Assembly (NCBI GenBank): GCA_027493445.1
Contig: JAOSKU010000001.1
Location: forward strand, 1,389,314 to 1,453,313
From: Thermoleophilia bacterium
GTDB taxonomy: Bacteria; Actinomycetota; Thermoleophilia; RBG-16-64-13
Length of the DNA: 64,000 nucleotides
Direction: 5' to 3'
Position 1 is the stretch's first letter; each line of letters starts with the position of its first letter. The notes below the pieces were generated by a model that saw only the letters and a program-made list of their open reading frames with translations, ran no database searches and was not told the origin of the DNA. Both the position numbers and the translations under genes were made by a program. Below, piece after piece: positions 60,188-64,000 of the stretch.

Positions 60188-60401
60188 CGACGCCGTTCTG
60201 CTCCAGCAGCTCGACGAGCTCGGGCAGCATGGGCCAGAACTCCTGCTCCCTCTCGCTGGCGGGCTCCCCGGCTCGGTGTACGTGGTAGACGGTGACCCGA
60301 AGCTCACCGTCCACATCGTCCGCTATGATGCCGTACCCCTGCTCCAGCCACTCGTCGAACCTGAGCCTGATCTCCTCGAAGTCAACGGGCTCCATTGTCA
60401 C
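60156..60401 (-). CDS. Small hypothetical protein
   Basis: 81 aa, acidic, GGAG RBS. Confidence 0.55.
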   Translation of the reverse strand: MTMEPVDFEEIRLRFDEWLEQGYGIIADDVDGELRVTVYHVHRAGEPASEREQEFWPMLPELVELLEQNGVVISRALAGPG

Positions 60402-60490
60402 TCCTTCCGCCGCCGGTGGGTGGCACGGGTCCCTCCTGCTTCGGTCCGCCCCCTGATTGTTACCCCAGGCGGAACTCTGAAACCCCGTCG

Positions 60491-61123
60491 TCAGGCAGCC
60501 GCCTCCGCCGGCACACCGGCCTCCGCCTCCACCGAGGCCACCGCCGCGGCTTCGCCGGACATCTCGGTGGCGGCGTCTCCGACGGTCACGGCCGGCTCGG
60601 CGCTGCCCTTCCTGGCCGCCGCCCCGCGGCCGGTGCCTTTCGCCCGCGTAGCTTTCACCGCCGCCTCCGTCGCCTCGCGGGCGGCCCGCTCGCGCCAGCC
60701 CGCGCTGAACAGGAACAAAGCTGCGGAGGTACGCCCCAGGTGCGAGAACCGCGCGGCCAGGTCCTCGGCAGCCGCGTGGAGATCTTCGCCGACTCCCAGC
60801 GATTCGAGGTAGGCGTGGAAGCCGCCCTTCTCGGCAACCACTTGGAGAAAGATGCCCGCGTTGGCGATGACGGCTTCGATCTTCCTCCGGTTGCGGATGA
60901 CTCCAGGATCGGCGAGCAGACGGGCGACGTCGCTCTCGTCCATGACCGCCACCTTCTCGGGATCCAGGCCCCGGAAGGCGAAACGAAGCCCCTCCCAGCG
61001 GGCCTCGACCACCCGCGGCCCCAGACCTCCGGAGAACACCGCGCGCGCAAGAAGCGCGAAGTACTCGGCATCGGAGCGCGGGTACTCACCGGCCCGCTGC
61101 ATCCATGGCAGACGCTCGAACAT
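60491..61123 (-). CDS. DNA-3-methyladenine glycosylase I-like protein with a low-complexity tail
   Basis: ARWEGLRFAFRGLDPEKVA..VIRNRRKIEAVIANA. Confidence 0.8.
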   Translation of the reverse strand: MFERLPWMQRAGEYPRSDAEYFALLARAVFSGGLGPRVVEARWEGLRFAFRGLDPEKVAVMDESDVARLLADPGVIRNRRKIEAVIANAGIFLQVVAEKGGFHAYLESLGVGEDLHAAAEDLAARFSHLGRTSAALFLFSAGWRERAAREATEAAVKATRAKGTGRGAAARKGSAEPAVTVGDAATEMSGEAAAVASVEAEAGVPAEAAA

Positions 61124-61358
61124 GACTCCTCCCTTCGTCGATACCCCCTGCGATGGGGACACTGTGAGACTAGGGGAGCGGCAACACGCTGTCTCTACAA
61201 CGGAGGTTGGAGGTTGGAGGCCAATCCGGCGATCAGCCCCATCGAGAGACGTGTTCGAGCTCGGTTCAGAACGAAGCCTTGGCCCCCGCGGCCGCACTGG
61301 GCGGGCCGATGCCGTGTCCTTGCCTCGCCCGCACCCAGCGCATCCTGAGGGCGAGGCG

Positions 61359-61796
61359 TCATTCCGAGACGAGCTCTGAGTTGCCGGCCTGGTCGGCTAC
61401 CGCGTCCATGGCCGCGGTCAACCGCTTCTGAGCTTCTGCGGCCACCTCGCCAAGGATCGCACTGTCGACCACGCTGAGGGCGGCCATGGGAGAGATGGCT
61501 TCCACACAGGCGGCGCCCGGGCCTTCTTCGTACACCACAATGTTGCATGGGAGCATAAGGCCGATGTCGGGCTCGGCCGTCAAAGCCTTGTGCGCCAGCT
61601 GCGGGTTGCACGCACCCAAGATGATGTAGGGCTTGAAGTCGACATCGAGCTTCTCTTTCATGGTCTTCTTGACGTCGATTTCCGTGAGCACGCCGAAACC
61701 CTGGGCCTTCAAGGCCGCTCGGGCGAGCACGACAGCTTCCTCATAGCCGACGGCGACGTGCTTCACGATCCCGTATGCCGGATCACTCATGGTCAT
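61359..61796 (-). CDS. DUF302 domain protein
   Basis: GFGVLTEID..ILGACNP..IGLMLPCNIVV. Confidence 0.9.
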   Translation of the reverse strand: MTMSDPAYGIVKHVAVGYEEAVVLARAALKAQGFGVLTEIDVKKTMKEKLDVDFKPYIILGACNPQLAHKALTAEPDIGLMLPCNIVVYEEGPGAACVEAISPMAALSVVDSAILGEVAAEAQKRLTAAMDAVADQAGNSELVSE

Positions 61797-61943
61797 TCCT
61801 TTCTCGTAATGTACTCTGGCTCTGCTCGATCAAGGCGCGCGCAACGGGTTCAAGTTCATGCGGTGCTCGCGCGCGGACCACGGGTCCCCCTCGGCACTCA
61901 CATACCTGAAGCCGAGGACGACTCGCGTGTTATCCTCCCCAGT

Positions 61944-62528
61944 ATGACGGCCCTCCTCACCACGTTCTTGCTCGTGGGCATTGCCGAGATGGCCGACAAG
62001 ACTCAGCTGCTCACGCTCTGCCTCACCTGCCGCTACCCCGCCCGCAAGGTGCTTCTGGGTGTCACCCTGGCCATAGCCGCCCTCAACCTGGCGGCCGTCC
62101 TGGTAGGCGGCCTCGCCGGCGAGCTCCTGCCGGTGCGGCCCATCAAGATCGCAGCCGGCCTGCTGTTCGTGGCCTTCGGCCTGTGGACCCTGCGTGGCGC
62201 TGGAAACGACCCCGGGGGCGCGGGCGCCTGCGAGACCGGGGCTCCTGAACGGTCGAACCGGAGTGCCGTGCTCGCGGTGGCCGCCGCGTTCCTCGTTGCC
62301 GAGGTGGGCGACAAGACTCAGCTCGCCACACTTTCGCTGGCGGCAAGGTTCGGCTCCTTCGTCGCGGTCTGGCTGGGAGCGAGCCTGGGCATGCTGCTGG
62401 CCAACGCTCTGGCCGTCGGGTGTGGGAGCCTGCTCGGGAACCGTTTGCGCACGTCTACTTTGGCCAAGATCTCGGCCCTCCTCTTCATCGCCTTCGGTCT
62501 ATGGACCCTGGCCGACGCCTTCCTCTGA
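61944..62528 (+). CDS. TMEM165/GDT1 (UPF0016) family protein
   Basis: Two copies of AE(M/V)(A/G)DKTQL. Confidence 0.92.
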   Translation: MTALLTTFLLVGIAEMADKTQLLTLCLTCRYPARKVLLGVTLAIAALNLAAVLVGGLAGELLPVRPIKIAAGLLFVAFGLWTLRGAGNDPGGAGACETGAPERSNRSAVLAVAAAFLVAEVGDKTQLATLSLAARFGSFVAVWLGASLGMLLANALAVGCGSLLGNRLRTSTLAKISALLFIAFGLWTLADAFL

Positions 62529-62715
62529 TACCTCTGGGGGTATTCTAGCGGGGACGCTTGGGGGAATCAAGCGGAGCGTTCCACCTCAGTGGCTGCACGG
62601 AAGCCGTCTGCGTGACGGAGGCACCGGCGACAGCCGGCCGGCGCACGGGGCCCGGATTTTGGGGGCGAGCCCGACCCACGAGAGACGCCGGCTGTTTAGA
62701 GGCGGCACCCAGGCT

Positions 62716-63756
62716 TCAATGTTCGTGGCGATGATCTACGTCGGGAGCATGCCAGTGGGCATGCACGACTCCGGCGTGGACGTGCTCGTGTACGTGCTGC
62801 TCGCCCATCATGAGCCACGCGCCTGCTGCCATGAAACCGGCCGCCACGAACACCAGGCTCCCTGGAGTCTCCCCAGTGACCAGCAGCGACAGGCCGGCCG
62901 CCAGGAAAGGCGCCGAGCCGAAGTAGGCCCCGGTGCGGGCCGCTCCCAGACGACGGAGAGCGAGGACGAAGAGCACCAGGCTGAGACCGTAGGCCGCCCC
63001 ACCGACAGCCAGGGCGCCCGCTAATGCTCCCCAACCGGGCAAACGGAAGCCGAAAAGCAGGCCCAGCCCTAGATTGACTCCTCCAGAGACGAAACCCTTG
63101 ATGCGGGCGATACGCACCGCTTCCAGGTCCTCGATGACGGCGGTCAGGTTGTTGTCGAGACCCCAGAGGGCGCAGGCTCCGACCACGCCCAGAGCCCCGA
63201 GGGACAAGCCCCACTCACCGTCGGGATCGAGGCTCAGCAGGACCCCGCCGACCGTTACCGCCGCCACAGCCAGCCCCACCCGCCGGCCGACATGCTCGCG
63301 GAAGAAGACGCCCGCCCAGAGCGCCGTGAAGACCACCTCGAAGGAGAGCAGCAAAGCGGCCGTGGCTGCCGGGGTTCTCTGCAGGCCCGAGAGGAGAGCG
63401 ATCGGCGCCGCAACCCCGCCCGTGGCAATGGCACCGGCCAAACGGAGGTAGTCGGCGGTCCGCGGGCGGCGCGCCGCAGGTACTCGCCTGCTGGGAGCGT
63501 TCGGGGCAAGGACGGTCTTCCTGACGAAGCCGAAGAGCCCAAGAGCGATGCCCGCGCCGAGGTAGAGCAGCCCGGCCAGGATGAGCGGCGGGGTCGACTC
63601 GAGCAAGACCTTGCTCGCCGGCACGGTCAGCGCGAAGAGAAGCGCCGAGAGAAGGGCCAGTACCGGACCGCGCAAGCGACCGGGGGGACCCGAGTGCGCG
63701 CCGGCACATGGCGGGGGATGCCGCGTAACCGGTTGGCTTGCCCTTTCGAAGCCCAC
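62716..63756 (-). CDS. EamA/DMT transporter with a His-rich C-terminus
   Basis: About ten TM segments; HVHEHVHAGVVHAHWHAPDVDHRHEH. Confidence 0.88.
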   Translation of the reverse strand: MGFERASQPVTRHPPPCAGAHSGPPGRLRGPVLALLSALLFALTVPASKVLLESTPPLILAGLLYLGAGIALGLFGFVRKTVLAPNAPSRRVPAARRPRTADYLRLAGAIATGGVAAPIALLSGLQRTPAATAALLLSFEVVFTALWAGVFFREHVGRRVGLAVAAVTVGGVLLSLDPDGEWGLSLGALGVVGACALWGLDNNLTAVIEDLEAVRIARIKGFVSGGVNLGLGLLFGFRLPGWGALAGALAVGGAAYGLSLVLFVLALRRLGAARTGAYFGSAPFLAAGLSLLVTGETPGSLVFVAAGFMAAGAWLMMGEQHVHEHVHAGVVHAHWHAPDVDHRHEH

Positions 63757-63769
63757 CAGGTCAAGCCCG

Positions 63770-64000
63770 AGGGTAGCTTTGACACGTCAACATGACCACC
63801 GTGTAGGCCACTCGGAAGCCCAAGCGCTCCATGTTGCGCTGGGATCCGTTGCCCGGAGCCGCGCCGGCGGCGGCCAGGTCGCAGCCGGCTTCAGCGCCCC
63901 GCGCCAGGCGGTGACGGAGCAAGGCCGACTGGACCCCTCGGCCGCGGAACTCGGGCAGGGTGGCGTCGCCGAAGCAGGTGGCGATGCCGTCATGGATCGC
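63770..64000 (-). CDS. GNAT acetyltransferase, C-terminal part (cut by the window edge)
   Basis: My translation reads ATLPEFRGRGVQSALL..NGSQRNMERLGF. Confidence 0.7.

Noticed and set aside
61800-61943. yybP-ykoY Mn riboswitch upstream of the TMEM165 gene
   Set aside because: Consensus segments not recognisable.

Overview
High-GC bacterial DNA; gene content and an 11-bp-period PHO box suggest Actinomycetota-like origin (inference). Three zones. (1) 1-8.5 kb: a large secreted multicopper oxidase with fibronectin-III repeats, a ~1.6 kb stretch of collapsed gene remnants, a HEPN/MNT toxin-antitoxin pair, and a frameshifted large serine recombinase whose last codons run into a duplicated tRNA 3' end. 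(2) 8.5-48.3 kb: a ~40 kb island integrated in tRNA-fMet, bounded by a 49-bp direct repeat. Its backbone is satellite/IME-like (Tyr integrase, Xis-like HTH, TOPRIM primase-AAA helicase, ParB-MTase) and its cargo is defence-rich. It also holds ISAzo13, IS5, and an IS3 that itself carries a group II intron. (3) 48.4-64 kb: ordinary core genes (NlpC/P60, NifU, thiolase, pstSCAB-phoU, phoPR-like, Tag, DUF302, TMEM165, EamA). Main discovery: the island cargo is divided by seven 28-bp sites with an 11-6-11 dyad layout (core [C/T/G]AC[T/C]AN-N6-A[T/G]NGTG). Each lies 21-88 bp past the stop codon of a cargo or backbone gene. Five are direct repeats left of a second, intact XerD-like recombinase gene and two are inverted to its right. 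A related dyad with a 10-bp spacer sits just upstream of that gene. The sites delimit apparent cassettes: type I R-M, STAND-like ATPase-PRTase, HEPN-like protein, Tudor-DUF429-like nuclease, and a TIGR04255/HTH/PemK-like triad. This suggests an integron-like but attC-independent defence-cassette system (inference, untested). Family names come from motif recognition, not database searches. Several single-base frameshifts may be assembly errors.
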